This document shows, piece by piece, positions 39,874 through 51,210 of a stretch of DNA of 64,000 nucleotides. The first letter of the stretch is position 1. The number at the start of each line of letters is the position of its first letter. The notes under the pieces are model-generated. The model made no database searches, was not told the DNA's origin, and saw nothing but the letters and a program-made list of their open reading frames with translations. The stretch is from sequence record OR770614.1. The stretch is one strand, 5' to 3'. Position numbers and translations under genes: made by a program.

Positions 39874-39881
39874 TTATATTT

Positions 39882-40730
39882 TTAACCTCTAATAATATCA
39901 TCATCAGAAAGTTCTATTTTATTACCTGCATCCATTTTATTTATCTCATCTGTATCTATTGTTTCTTTAATGAATTCTATTTTTAAATTCATTCCTAAAG
40001 AATTGATGACTGTTTCCATAGTCTTCCAAGTTAATTTTCCTTGTTTGATCATTTTATCTAAAGATGATTTTAGTTTACTTACTACATTAACTTCATCTGA
40101 ATTCTTTTCTAGCTCACCAAATAACATTTCAAATGTATAACCTTCATTACCTAATATTTCTAAGAAATCCACAAATTCTAATATATATTCTTCATATAAA
40201 ACATCCGGCATTAATTTAAATCCTAGTTTACCTGAAAATTTAGATGTCTTAGTTTTTCTTTTAGGATTATATAAAGTTAATTCATCTTTATCTTTAAATT
40301 CTTCTGAAACTAATGAAACTTTATACCCGATTACTTCACAAATACTAATTAATGAATGTATAGTAAATACTTTACTACTCTTTAATCTATACATAGTGTT
40401 TTTAAATGAATCGATTTCACCTTCACCATATACTTTAGCATATCTTTCAAAATATTCTTCGAAAGTCATTCCTTCTTTATCGCCTACAATATTTTCCATA
40501 AATTGTATTACCTTTTTACCTAAATAAGGTAATTTATCATATTCTTCTTTAGTAACAATTCCTTGTATACTACCATGATATTTTGAAGAATTTGATTGTT
40601 CTTCTTGATCTTCCATTTCATCATTTAATTCAGTATATCTGACATCTTTAAATACTGATTTAACATCAACTTCGTCTACATTAGATATAATTCTTTCTAA
40701 TTCGTCTGAAACATCTCTATTGTTTTTCAT
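39882..40730 (-). CDS. Hypothetical protein with two HTH-like repeats
   Basis: 282 aa; internal duplication FTIHSLISICEVIGYKVSL / LTWKTMETVINSLGMNLKI. Confidence 0.45.
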   Translation of the reverse strand: MKNNRDVSDELERIISNVDEVDVKSVFKDVRYTELNDEMEDQEEQSNSSKYHGSIQGIVTKEEYDKLPYLGKKVIQFMENIVGDKEGMTFEEYFERYAKVYGEGEIDSFKNTMYRLKSSKVFTIHSLISICEVIGYKVSLVSEEFKDKDELTLYNPKRKTKTSKFSGKLGFKLMPDVLYEEYILEFVDFLEILGNEGYTFEMLFGELEKNSDEVNVVSKLKSSLDKMIKQGKLTWKTMETVINSLGMNLKIEFIKETIDTDEINKMDAGNKIELSDDDIIRG

Positions 40731-40810
40731 TTACATAATCTCCTTACAGTATATAAAAAATAAATATAATATTGGTATAATGTGAGGTTAATCACATTAT
40801 ACCGTATTTA

Positions 40811-42016
40811 TTAAATTCCTAAATCATCATCTTTATCTAATTCTTTACTTTTACTTGTAAATTTATCTAATAATGATTTTGATCTACCTTGATCTTCACC
40901 ATTTTCTTCATTTACATTATTTGATAAGTCTTCCATAGATCCAGATTCTTTATTAACATCTGCATCTTTAAACATTGTAGATTTATCAATTTGTCTATCA
41001 TCTTGTTGATTGTTAGTTTCTGTTTTATCAGCAAAAGGTAAATCGTCATCAGAAATATTATCCACTGCACCAAAAGGATTTTCCGGAGTACTTTGTTGTT
41101 GATTTTGTGGTGTATTATTTACATTACCGAAAGGATTTGGATTTGATTGTTGCTGCTGTTGAGGTTGATTAAAATTACCAAATTGATTATTTGATTGTTG
41201 AGGAGCATTATTCTGTTGTTGATTAAATCCTCCATTATTATTACCAAAATTTCCAAAACCATTATTTTGTTGGTTAAATCCACCTGAGTTATTTTGTTGT
41301 CTTGGAGCACTATTGTATGAAGCTTTCTCATCCATATGATGATTAGACATATCAGTTGGTAAACCTTGAGCTCTTAATAATCCTTTAAGTAGTTGATTAT
41401 TTTCAATTTCTTTAGCTTGCATTTCAGCTTGTACACATTGATTTCTAAATGTTAAAGGATCATTAGTAATTCTAACTAATAAATTAACTAAACTAATAAA
41501 AGCATTTGCTGAAATGAAATCATATTTATTATTATCATTTACAATAATAGCAAAACCAATTTCAGTTGAATTAGTACGTTTATTAACAATTGTAGTTGGA
41601 GCGAAAGCAATACCTTTACCTGAAACTAAACTAGGTGATTGCCAAATATGATTTTGATACTCAGCAGTTACTTGATTATTTTGGAAAATACTATTAAAGT
41701 TTTCACCAATACTTTTGTAAGTAGCTTTTAAGAAATTATTAAATTCTTGTAAGTGTGGATAACTAATTAATACATCCTCTGAAATAGGTGCTTGACCTTG
41801 TTGAAATTTACTGTAAGAGAATGAAATATAATGATTACCGTTATTTTCAATTTCACTTAAAAATGGAATATTGTTATATTGACTTGATTTATAAGTATTG
41901 ATATATTCACCATTAATAGCATTACCAGTGTTTTTATTCTTTCTAGCAAATAGTGTGTAAATTGAAACTGAAACATTTTGTCCTCGGTATAGATGGTCTT
42001 TGAAATTTGTTAACAT
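40811..42016 (-). CDS. Putative single-stranded DNA-binding protein
   Basis: 401 aa; N/Q/G/F low-complexity linker followed by NPFG..ISDDDLPF, the Firmicute SSB tail motif. Confidence 0.5.
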   Translation of the reverse strand: MLTNFKDHLYRGQNVSVSIYTLFARKNKNTGNAINGEYINTYKSSQYNNIPFLSEIENNGNHYISFSYSKFQQGQAPISEDVLISYPHLQEFNNFLKATYKSIGENFNSIFQNNQVTAEYQNHIWQSPSLVSGKGIAFAPTTIVNKRTNSTEIGFAIIVNDNNKYDFISANAFISLVNLLVRITNDPLTFRNQCVQAEMQAKEIENNQLLKGLLRAQGLPTDMSNHHMDEKASYNSAPRQQNNSGGFNQQNNGFGNFGNNNGGFNQQQNNAPQQSNNQFGNFNQPQQQQQSNPNPFGNVNNTPQNQQQSTPENPFGAVDNISDDDLPFADKTETNNQQDDRQIDKSTMFKDADVNKESGSMEDLSNNVNEENGEDQGRSKSLLDKFTSKSKELDKDDDLGI

Positions 42017-42081
42017 AATAAAATCTCTCCTAATAAAATAATTTTTGTATTACTACTTTTATATAATATATATTTAAATTT

Positions 42082-42687
42082 TTAATCTAAAATTTTTGCT
42101 TTCTTAATGAATGACAATAATAATGATGCAATTGATAGTGAGGAATCAGTCATAGATTCATTTGTTCCCATTAATTCTTCTGCATAAGAATAATCACCAT
42201 CTTTAATACTAGACATTCTTACTACTGATTTCACATCAATAGGTTGGAAATCAATATATGAAGGAAATTCATAAGTGTTATCTGAAGATCCACCGTATAC
42301 CAATTCAATTAATTGACTCCATAAAGTTATTTCATCTATCCAGAAAACTAATTTATCTGCATATTCAGAAAGTCCTTCAAAATAATCTCTAATACGTTGA
42401 ACTTGAATAACTGTATCATCTTTAATTAATCTCAAGTTATAATCATCTAACGTTTTATCAATCTTAGTATAGTTAGACAATTGACCTTTTTCATATGCAT
42501 CCTTAAGCATTTCATTTTTAAATACTTCATTTAGATCTATATCTGAGAACTCTAAATACAAGTCTTTAAATTTAGGACTATCTACCATAAATGTCATATT
42601 GATAAATTCAGTATTAGTTTTAGGTGAAGTAGTTACTGCAGAAACTATTATATTTAACGCTGGCAATTTTTCTTCAAATTCTATCAA
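42082..42687 (-). CDS. Hypothetical; degenerate DEDD (Rv2179c-like) exonuclease fold, tentative
   Basis: 201 aa; LYLEFSDIDL, FWID..LWSQL, PIDVKS spacing, but no ExoI D-x-E; early promoter at 42062-42078 lies downstream of it. Confidence 0.35.
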   Translation of the reverse strand: MIEFEEKLPALNIIVSAVTTSPKTNTEFINMTFMVDSPKFKDLYLEFSDIDLNEVFKNEMLKDAYEKGQLSNYTKIDKTLDDYNLRLIKDDTVIQVQRIRDYFEGLSEYADKLVFWIDEITLWSQLIELVYGGSSDNTYEFPSYIDFQPIDVKSVVRMSSIKDGDYSYAEELMGTNESMTDSSLSIASLLLSFIKKAKILD

Positions 42688-42689
42688 TC

Positions 42690-43403
42690 TTATAACCTAC
42701 CTTCATATTTAATGTAAAATTCAAAACCATATTCATTTCTAAAATACTGTAAGAAACCATTTATCTTATTGATAATGAAATCTTTATTAGCAAATCTGAA
42801 GTCATATTTACTAATTGTATCTTTTTCTTTTTGAAGTGAGTTTAATTCTTTATTATTCTTATCTAATAACTCTTCATTACTATAGATTCTCTCTTTTAAT
42901 TCATTTATTTCTTTTTTAATTTTAAATGAATTATCCATACCTACTAGATTTAATAATGCATTAGATAAAGAACCTAGTTTAATTTTTTCAATTAGTTCAT
43001 TATTTTTATCTTCTAATTCTCTATTATATTTTTTATTATTTCTATTCATAATTTCGATAGTATTTTTTCTAGTGTCTATTTTATTTTCTAATATATTTAT
43101 TTGATTATTAATTGATTCTTTTAAAAATTCAATATTCTCTTCTAAGTCATATAAGAATATAATACCTTCGTAAATATCAAATTCAATAAATTTGTTTAAG
43201 ATTAAAAGGGATATATTATTCTTATTTTCAACTATATCAAAATTAGATTTAATATTTTTAATAATAGATGATTTAAAACTAGTATGATTAATTTTAAATA
43301 TCTCATCTGATAAAAAATTATTAATATCTCTTCTTACATTTATAAATAATTCGTTGAGGTATTGATAATTATCAATTGCCTCTTTACGAGATATACGTGT
43401 CAC
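42690..43403 (-). CDS. Coiled-coil hypothetical protein
   Basis: 237 aa, GTG start with SD. Confidence 0.55.
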   Translation of the reverse strand: MTRISRKEAIDNYQYLNELFINVRRDINNFLSDEIFKINHTSFKSSIIKNIKSNFDIVENKNNISLLILNKFIEFDIYEGIIFLYDLEENIEFLKESINNQINILENKIDTRKNTIEIMNRNNKKYNRELEDKNNELIEKIKLGSLSNALLNLVGMDNSFKIKKEINELKERIYSNEELLDKNNKELNSLQKEKDTISKYDFRFANKDFIINKINGFLQYFRNEYGFEFYIKYEGRL

Positions 43404-43423
43404 AATACCTCAACTACCTTTCT

Positions 43424-44980
43424 TTATTTTAACTTAAAATCAGTAACGTTTAAAGCTTTTTTCTTAAATACATTTTTTAATCTATTATTAGCTTGCGTTA
43501 CTAGTTTTTTAAAACCATGATCGACAAAATCAAAATACATCAATTTTTCATTTTCAATATAGCGTAATCTTCCCATTATCTGTATAACTTTACTTTCAGA
43601 AGATAATGGAACTGTATTAATGACAGCTTTGAGATCAGGTATGTCTATACCTGTTCCTAAAGATAAATCTGTAGTAATTATTAGATTAGATTCTAATACT
43701 TTAGATTTTTCTTCTTTATCAATTCCATCATAGTAGCGAATACAGTTTAGAAATTCTAATCCTTCTTTACCTAATTTTTCTTCTAAATAGTAATAAAACT
43801 CATCTATCATATTTTTCAATTTAAACATAACGACAGTTTTTCTTATTTCTTTTTTCATAATAACTTCATTAATGATATTAAATATCATATCAAAATATTT
43901 ATCTTTTCTCTCATCTTTATCTATAAGATATTTACTGTAATGATTTACATTAAGACCATTTCTTCTTGATGCTGAAACAAAATCTGCTAGCTCTGTTTCA
44001 CTAGGTTCACTATTGTAGCGTATAATGAACACATCATGATATTTAGATGGTATCTTTCTATTAGAAGCTATTTGTTTATCATAATTGTCAGATCTAAATA
44101 TAGGAACATTTAAGAATATATTATTAAATACAAAGTTCTCTGATTTATCAGATCTTTCAGGAGTTGCAGAGAGATATATAGACGGTAAATCTGTTTGTAT
44201 ATCTATATTTGTTAAACTTCTAAAGTCTAAATGTGCTTCATCAAATATCTTAATAGATACTTTAGTTTTAAATATTAGTTCTTGTAGTTTTTCAATGTCG
44301 TCTTCTATAAATGAATTTAATGTCTTATACATAACTATATAGAAATCTATTTTATTACGTTCATCAGACTTCATTTTAAATAATTTATTAATACTTGATT
44401 TACCTTGAATAATATATATTCTTTCATCATCAATATTGGTATATTCTTTAATCTTATCAAACCATTGTTCTTTAAGTTTATTATTATTGACAAATATCAT
44501 AGGAACTAACTGACGATCAATAACACTTTTTAAAGCACAAAAAGTTTTACCTTCACCAGTTTTAAGTGATAAAAATTTCTGAGTTGAAGCTTCATATATA
44601 CTAAAAGCATTTAAGAATTCAATAGATTTCTTTTGTAATAAATCTCTTGGTTTAAAATTCATTTCTACATCATAATTCTTTTTAGGTTTAAAATATAAAT
44701 TGTCTACTTTTCTAAAATCTTGAAAATCTACTTCTCCATGATTTTGTAATGACTGAATTAGTATCTTCATATTTATTCCAGCAGGAAATGATATAGTTTT
44801 CTCTTCTTCATTATATACGAAAGCTTTATACGTATGTTTAAAGTATATTTTATCCCATACAGATAGATACTTCTCTATTGCTGAACAATATCCTAGTTCA
44901 TAATTTTCAACAAGAATTCGTGTCGGATAAACCGACACTTTTATTTTTCTTGTTTTATTTAAAACTACCATAAATTTCAA
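43424..44980 (-). CDS. Superfamily 2 DNA helicase (UvsW-like)
   Basis: LKTGEGKT Walker A, IFDEAH, LSATPERSD, LGTGIDIPDL, QIMGRLR. Confidence 0.9.
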   Translation of the reverse strand: MKFMVVLNKTRKIKVSVYPTRILVENYELGYCSAIEKYLSVWDKIYFKHTYKAFVYNEEEKTISFPAGINMKILIQSLQNHGEVDFQDFRKVDNLYFKPKKNYDVEMNFKPRDLLQKKSIEFLNAFSIYEASTQKFLSLKTGEGKTFCALKSVIDRQLVPMIFVNNNKLKEQWFDKIKEYTNIDDERIYIIQGKSSINKLFKMKSDERNKIDFYIVMYKTLNSFIEDDIEKLQELIFKTKVSIKIFDEAHLDFRSLTNIDIQTDLPSIYLSATPERSDKSENFVFNNIFLNVPIFRSDNYDKQIASNRKIPSKYHDVFIIRYNSEPSETELADFVSASRRNGLNVNHYSKYLIDKDERKDKYFDMIFNIINEVIMKKEIRKTVVMFKLKNMIDEFYYYLEEKLGKEGLEFLNCIRYYDGIDKEEKSKVLESNLIITTDLSLGTGIDIPDLKAVINTVPLSSESKVIQIMGRLRYIENEKLMYFDFVDHGFKKLVTQANNRLKNVFKKKALNVTDFKLK

Positions 44981-44988
44981 CTACTTTC

Positions 44989-45447
44989 TTATTTATTAAT
45001 TTCAATTGTAGAAGAAAATACGTTATTAATTATTTGAAAGATATCAGGTCCATCAGCTTTAAACATTCCTGAAAGATCAAATGTAGCATTTTCATCTTCT
45101 AAATTAACATATACAGGCATAGGACCGAATAAAATATCAGAAACAACATAGAATAAACCTTCTTTGAATTGATTATTTTCTTCAGCTTTAATTAGAGTAA
45201 TCTGTTGATCTTCTTCTTTATCTACAATAATATTTAATTTATAAATATCTTTAGAAGTAATACCATCTTTTGAGTATTTTAAATAATCTTCAACATTTTC
45301 ATTAATTAATTTAGTAATAGAAAAAGTACCTTTTTCTGAATTGAAAAAAGCATCTTTAATCTCTTTTAAGTATTTATCTTCTGTATTTAACTCAATTGTA
45401 ACTTCTTTAGGGTATTCTAATTCTTTTAATTTAGTAACTTTCAGCAT
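44989..45447 (-). CDS. Hypothetical protein
   Basis: 152 aa ORF with SD in operon. Confidence 0.6.
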   Translation of the reverse strand: MLKVTKLKELEYPKEVTIELNTEDKYLKEIKDAFFNSEKGTFSITKLINENVEDYLKYSKDGITSKDIYKLNIIVDKEEDQQITLIKAEENNQFKEGLFYVVSDILFGPMPVYVNLEDENATFDLSGMFKADGPDIFQIINNVFSSTIEINK

Positions 45448-45516
45448 ATTGAAAATTCTCCATTCTATATAATTTTAAAATTTTATATCTATCAGTTATT
45501 ATAAATTTTTAATTTT

Positions 45517-45810
45517 TTACGAATTAATTTCTCTAATTATCTTTTTATTTAAATCTTCAAACTCATAAATATCTTCAATAGAAAAACTATGTGAAGACAC
45601 AGGTATATCATCTTTAGTTAATAAGAATGAAAGTACATATTTATCATTAATATCAGCATCAGAAATTAAATATATATTTCGTTCACCATCGTCATTAATA
45701 TTGTCAAATACCGCATCACAATTTTTAAATATCGCCTTTAGTAATTCATCTTTATCATAATGAAACTTCTCTAATAAATTATCATTAAAAATATTTTCTT
45801 CATTAATCAT
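45517..45810 (-). CDS. Hypothetical protein
   Basis: 97 aa ORF with SD GGAGG. Confidence 0.6.
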   Translation of the reverse strand: MINEENIFNDNLLEKFHYDKDELLKAIFKNCDAVFDNINDDGERNIYLISDADINDKYVLSFLLTKDDIPVSSHSFSIEDIYEFEDLNKKIIREINS

Positions 45811-45886
45811 ACTTAAATTCCTCCTTAGTAATTTTTATATAATATACCAAACTCTAAAGTTAATTAGAGTTTGGTTAAATCAATTA

Positions 45887-47803
45887 TTAAATATCAAAAT
45901 CAAATAATGGATCGAACATAGATTCATCATCTTTACTGAAGAATCCATTAGTTTCATCTGTAGTAAGCTGAGCACGAACATTTTCAAATATCAATGAATG
46001 TACTGGTGAAGGTGAATTTAATATAGAGTTACCTACATTACGTAAAGTAATTTTAGGATTAAAGTCAGGATCTTTATATTTCACTCTATCTTTATATATA
46101 GTATCATTTAAGAATACCATATTACGAATAATAGTCTCAACATGAACTGACATAACATCTGTACCTGATTTTAATAATAGATCCATTACATCATTAAACA
46201 TTCTTTGATAATCTTTTTCTTCATAATCATTCTTAATAAAATTACTTCTTTCTAATATAGAACGAATTTTTAGAAGTGGATCTGCGACACCTTCATTTTT
46301 AATTTTAATATTAAATAAGAAATTCTCTCCTAAATCTTTCATATTAAATACATAAGCATTTTCATCTTCATTGTAGAATTTTTCAATTGAATCAAATTTC
46401 TGATCTGGTATTCTAAGAATAACAGGTGATTTAACTTCATGTACTTTAGTACCTATTTTAAATTTAAATGATTTAGCTTTATATTTTCCATAATCAATAT
46501 CTTCATTAATAATCATATCATCTATAATAACTTTAGTTTTCTCATCACGAGGAATAATATTATCACCAGAGAATTCAAAGTGTTCGTTAAATATATCTGG
46601 CCATGAGAATTCAGAAAGTTGAACAGCTTGAAGATGCTTTGTTGAAAGTAATTTCTGTGTCATAGGTTCTGTTAACTGTAATGTAGCTATGATACCTACT
46701 GCTAAATTTCTATTAATATCATATAGTCTTCTTCCATAACACATTTGACATATTTTACCATTTGGTTCAGCACATGTTATAGGAGATCTTAATGGTACAA
46801 TTTGCCCTATTAAATGAACATCATTTCTACTATCAATTAATTTAAATTCTTGATCGTTATCATCATAATAATATCTATCATTAATACGATCTAGTTTTTC
46901 TTGACTATCTACATTAAAGTAAAGTAAGTGCTTACTACCACAATCATGATTATCTGATAGTTTTAAATCTGAAGTTAATAATGTAATCTTACGGTTTAAG
47001 TATCCTGATTCTCTAACTTTATTCTTAGAGTTCATTAATGCATTTAAAGAAGATTCTGCATCAATAGCAAATTGAGTTGTATTCTTTAATCCACGCATAA
47101 ATGAAGTATCAATAATATCAGTAACAACATCTCCACGAATATCAGGTTTAAATCCTACAAAACTTAATACCTCATTCAATTGTATTTTATTTATACCTGT
47201 TCCTGACTCTAAGAAAGTTTTATAATCATTTTCTTTATCCATCTTAATATGTTTAATAAGATTATCCATATTAGGTTTTTGAACTTCATTAATAATTTGT
47301 TGATACGTTAAATTAGGATCGATATCGTCATTATCAAAGTTAATTAATCTTTCAATTTCTTTATCTTCATTAGCTAATCTCATAATATCATATAAAGATA
47401 TAGAAGGTCCATCTACAGGAAGAATATATTCATTTGAGAATATAGTAAGTTCATCAATGATATAAGCTATTGATTGACTGATTTTAATAGGATCATGTCC
47501 TTCTTTAATAAAGTTCACTACAATTTTATCAAAATAATCATAGTATTCATTAATATTAGTTGGATTAACTAAATACTCTTCTGTAAATTTCTTATTCATT
47601 TCTCTAAAAGGTTTTCCTAAAATTAATAATGTTAAATAATTACTTTTAGAAATATTATCTTCAAAATAGTCATTCATTCTATCTTTAGGGTTATTAATAA
47701 TATCCTGCTTTAATTCTTCTATTATTTCATAATAATTATCTGAATGTAAATAATTATTATATTTACCCAATTTTAAATCCAAAACTAACTTTTCTTCACT
47801 CAT
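45887..47803 (-). CDS. rpoC: Second RNA polymerase beta' C-terminal subunit (probably non-virion RNAP)
   Basis: KVRESGYLNRKI, DCGSK, RSPITC..ICQMCYG, EPMTQKLLSTKH, VHVETIIRNM; early-type promoter 47852-47864. Confidence 0.88.
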   Translation of the reverse strand: MSEEKLVLDLKLGKYNNYLHSDNYYEIIEELKQDIINNPKDRMNDYFEDNISKSNYLTLLILGKPFREMNKKFTEEYLVNPTNINEYYDYFDKIVVNFIKEGHDPIKISQSIAYIIDELTIFSNEYILPVDGPSISLYDIMRLANEDKEIERLINFDNDDIDPNLTYQQIINEVQKPNMDNLIKHIKMDKENDYKTFLESGTGINKIQLNEVLSFVGFKPDIRGDVVTDIIDTSFMRGLKNTTQFAIDAESSLNALMNSKNKVRESGYLNRKITLLTSDLKLSDNHDCGSKHLLYFNVDSQEKLDRINDRYYYDDNDQEFKLIDSRNDVHLIGQIVPLRSPITCAEPNGKICQMCYGRRLYDINRNLAVGIIATLQLTEPMTQKLLSTKHLQAVQLSEFSWPDIFNEHFEFSGDNIIPRDEKTKVIIDDMIINEDIDYGKYKAKSFKFKIGTKVHEVKSPVILRIPDQKFDSIEKFYNEDENAYVFNMKDLGENFLFNIKIKNEGVADPLLKIRSILERSNFIKNDYEEKDYQRMFNDVMDLLLKSGTDVMSVHVETIIRNMVFLNDTIYKDRVKYKDPDFNPKITLRNVGNSILNSPSPVHSLIFENVRAQLTTDETNGFFSKDDESMFDPLFDFDI

Positions 47804-47909
47804 ATCCTAATCTCTCCTTAAGTATAAATAAATCAAATATTGTTACATGTTTATAATATATAATTGAATAATGATTTGTAATAAACCATTATTCAATTAT
47901 TTTTATATC

Positions 47910-50396
47910 TTAAAAATCACTATCATCATCTGCATTGTTATCATCAGAACCAAATGAATCATCATCTGTATTACCATCAGAACCAAATGAATCATCATCA
48001 GATTTTTTTGATAACTCATCTTCTTTTTTATCTTTTTCTATATCTTTTTTAACATTCTCAATAATGTTTTCAAATCTATCATAAGATAAATTAGACATAA
48101 ATTCTTGTGTTACTAATTCTTTCCTAAATAATCTCTTAAGTTTATCATTTTCAGTCTCGTCTTCAGTTTCTGGAGTATATAAAGGAACTAAGAAATCTAA
48201 CATTTGTGTTACTGCACCAACTTCTTCATTTAAATTACCTAAATTTAAAAATACTGGTGGTGGGAAATATGCTTCTATTTCTGATACAGTTCCTAATAGT
48301 TCTTCATAATCTTTTTCATTATTAGTTTCTTTATTTTCTAAATAATATAAACGTCTTAATACTTTAGTAAAGAAATCTCCAAATGAATTTTGATAGTTAA
48401 CTACTTTTCTTACAAATCCATTATTTTGCATTGCTAATGATCTTGCATAATCAGTTTCAGCTTCAGAATCAATATAATTTAAAGGTACTCCTGTACCTGA
48501 AATAACGGATTTCTTAAGCCATTCTAAGAATTCATCATTAATATCAATTTGAATACCTGAAATGGTATCTATTTCTAAAGGTGTATTACCATCTTTATTC
48601 TCAGGAATGTACATGTTCTCTAAATTACCTACTTGGTTAAACATTGTTTGAACTGATGTTCCATCTCCAAACATACCAGAAGACATTTCACTAGATCTTA
48701 CATTACGGATAACTTCTTCTACAGTACCTTCATAATCATCATCTAATCCAGATTTAACTCTAAATACACGTCTATCTCTTGACTGATTTATTTTAACCAT
48801 CATTGTAGTAATTAATGTACTTAAATATAATTTAGCAAAGAATAATGATTTGTATAATCTTGAAACTCCATATGTCTTCTGACTATCAAGTTTATGATGT
48901 ACAACTTCTTCAGGTTCTAAGTACGTTAATTTAATACCATTTTCAATAATATAATTTTTACGTATTAAACGATATATAACATCTTTAAAAGAATCATTTT
49001 TATTTACAAAATCCATATCAATCTTTTTAGCTATACCTTTAACCATTACATCTACAAGACCTTGATAAGCCATTAATGTATTACCATTTTCAAAGTAAGA
49101 ACCTGAAGTAGCATTCATTCCAGCATTTGGATTTTTAGAATTAGTAGTTGTTCCTCCCGTAGCTGAATTACCTGTAACAGGATCTAAATTAGTTATTCCC
49201 ATTCCATTTGGCATAGAACCCATTTGGGATTGTTTTTGATATCCATCTCCCATAATACCGTTCATAGCACTTAATAAAGGATTTGCTCCTCCTCTAATAT
49301 CAGTACCAGAATCAGGTTCAATATAAAGATAACCAATACATAAACCATCAATTTCTAATTTAATCATATCTTCTGGATTAACATTTCGGAAATATGTAGT
49401 TCCACTTTTAATCTTTTTATCTCTGTTACTTCCTTGAGCTTTATCTAAGAAAGATTGAAGGTCATTTGAACCTTTATATTTACCAACATCAGAAAGCAAT
49501 TCAGAAGAATTTTTAAAGAACTCTACATTTTCATTAATACTCTTAAGAATCTCATTTTTAAAATTTTCTTTTTGTAATTTAACATTCTTTTCATCTTTAT
49601 ATATTGATCCTTCATCAATATGATTATTTAATTCCTTAAGTAAGATATCTAAATCTTCATTATTAATTTCTTCATCTAAAAATGATTCATTAATAACTTT
49701 AGCATCATCAACAGAAGAACTTTCTCTACCTAAAACATCATCGTTCTCAGTAAGTATTTCTTCAAAATCTTTTCTAGTATCTTTAATAATATAGAAGAGA
49801 TCACCTAACATTAATCCTTCTCTCACTGAAGGATATATTAATTTATTTAAATCATATTTATCTACAATACGATCTAATTCTCTTTTAACTTTTCTATTCT
49901 CTTCATTATTTTCATTAATGTCAGATTTATATCTATACATTAATGATAATTTACTAGTATCATCAGGAGCTATAATTGAAGTTGAGAATACATCTATACT
50001 AGAAGAAATTTCTGGTATAAATTTATCTATAATACGATAATCATCATATCTAGATATTCTAGCTACTTCAGTACTAAAATCTTGATCATCGATATTCTCT
50101 TTAATAAAATCATTAACAAAGTTTTGTCTCTCATCTTTAGATACAGTTTTATTCCTTCTACTGTTACTCATTTCTTTAGCAGTAACCTTAGCACCTAAAG
50201 ATAATAAATCTCCACCATTTTCATCTCTATGACTAGTTTTTCTTCTTATATTAGGCAATCTTTTATTAAAATCGTTAATACTATTTCCTAGTATTTTAGG
50301 ATTTTCTTCAGGATCTAAACTTTTAATAATATCTTTATCTAAATTATTAAAAGAATTATTTATTTTATTATTTTCATCAGCCAAATTCCATTTCAT
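47910..50396 (-). CDS. Portal protein (T4 gp20-like)
   Basis: 828 aa; SRDRRVFRV, ENMYIPEN..LEIDTISG, LKKSVISGTGVP pattern matches gp20-type portal core. Confidence 0.75.
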   Translation of the reverse strand: MKWNLADENNKINNSFNNLDKDIIKSLDPEENPKILGNSINDFNKRLPNIRRKTSHRDENGGDLLSLGAKVTAKEMSNSRRNKTVSKDERQNFVNDFIKENIDDQDFSTEVARISRYDDYRIIDKFIPEISSSIDVFSTSIIAPDDTSKLSLMYRYKSDINENNEENRKVKRELDRIVDKYDLNKLIYPSVREGLMLGDLFYIIKDTRKDFEEILTENDDVLGRESSSVDDAKVINESFLDEEINNEDLDILLKELNNHIDEGSIYKDEKNVKLQKENFKNEILKSINENVEFFKNSSELLSDVGKYKGSNDLQSFLDKAQGSNRDKKIKSGTTYFRNVNPEDMIKLEIDGLCIGYLYIEPDSGTDIRGGANPLLSAMNGIMGDGYQKQSQMGSMPNGMGITNLDPVTGNSATGGTTTNSKNPNAGMNATSGSYFENGNTLMAYQGLVDVMVKGIAKKIDMDFVNKNDSFKDVIYRLIRKNYIIENGIKLTYLEPEEVVHHKLDSQKTYGVSRLYKSLFFAKLYLSTLITTMMVKINQSRDRRVFRVKSGLDDDYEGTVEEVIRNVRSSEMSSGMFGDGTSVQTMFNQVGNLENMYIPENKDGNTPLEIDTISGIQIDINDEFLEWLKKSVISGTGVPLNYIDSEAETDYARSLAMQNNGFVRKVVNYQNSFGDFFTKVLRRLYYLENKETNNEKDYEELLGTVSEIEAYFPPPVFLNLGNLNEEVGAVTQMLDFLVPLYTPETEDETENDKLKRLFRKELVTQEFMSNLSYDRFENIIENVKKDIEKDKKEDELSKKSDDDSFGSDGNTDDDSFGSDDNNADDDSDF

Positions 50397-50421
50397 CTCC
50401 TTTTTAGAATTTTTCCTTACA

Positions 50422-51207
50422 TTATATATTATAAATCAAAAAATCTAAATTTGCTATAAATTTATCTTGAGAAATTGAAAATTTTAGTAAGATAAATTCA
50501 CTATATACATCTGTTTCCGGAGCAAAGATATCTACATGAACTTCAGGACAAACAATATTTCCTTTTGTCGTTTTATATTTTAATCCTAATAGATATTTCT
50601 TTGAAGTTCTGAAATCAATTAAATAATCATCTTCATCATAAATATAATACGGTTCTCTTACAAACATTTCATTTTCAGTAAATATACATTTAAAGAATTC
50701 AGAAGGTTTACATTCTTTAATATATAATAAAGATTTTTCATCTAAATTAAAAGAATAGAAAGGATCTGATTCTTTAAGAAATTTAATAGCATCCTCTGTA
50801 TAATTATATTCTTCATTGATATTCTCTTCAATATGATAATCTTTATCATCAATAATTGTTTCTAAATCAGATTCTCTAGTAAACTTAATACCTTTATTAT
50901 CTTCATCATTAAAGAATTCTACTTTAATAATTTTATCAGCTTTATTAGTTCTAACTTGTATAAAATCTTCTACATTAAAGCTACAATATTCAATTGGAAG
51001 AAGATAATCATAAATTGGATTATCTTCTTTAATTTGTACATTAACATTATTAGGTATAGTCTCTAAATTAGAACCATTAGTAAATACATTATTTTTGAAA
51101 TCTATCAATTTATTTCCATTTTCAATATTATTAAATAATTTAGAAATTTCTTCAAAAGTCATGACTAATTTATTTACTATTTTACTTTCTTCAATTAAAA
51201 TACTCAA
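50422..51207 (-). CDS. Hypothetical protein
   Basis: 261 aa, TTG start, coupled downstream of DNA polymerase. Confidence 0.6.
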   Translation of the reverse strand: MSILIEESKIVNKLVMTFEEISKLFNNIENGNKLIDFKNNVFTNGSNLETIPNNVNVQIKEDNPIYDYLLPIEYCSFNVEDFIQVRTNKADKIIKVEFFNDEDNKGIKFTRESDLETIIDDKDYHIEENINEEYNYTEDAIKFLKESDPFYSFNLDEKSLLYIKECKPSEFFKCIFTENEMFVREPYYIYDEDDYLIDFRTSKKYLLGLKYKTTKGNIVCPEVHVDIFAPETDVYSEFILLKFSISQDKFIANLDFLIYNI

Positions 51208-51210
51208 AGG

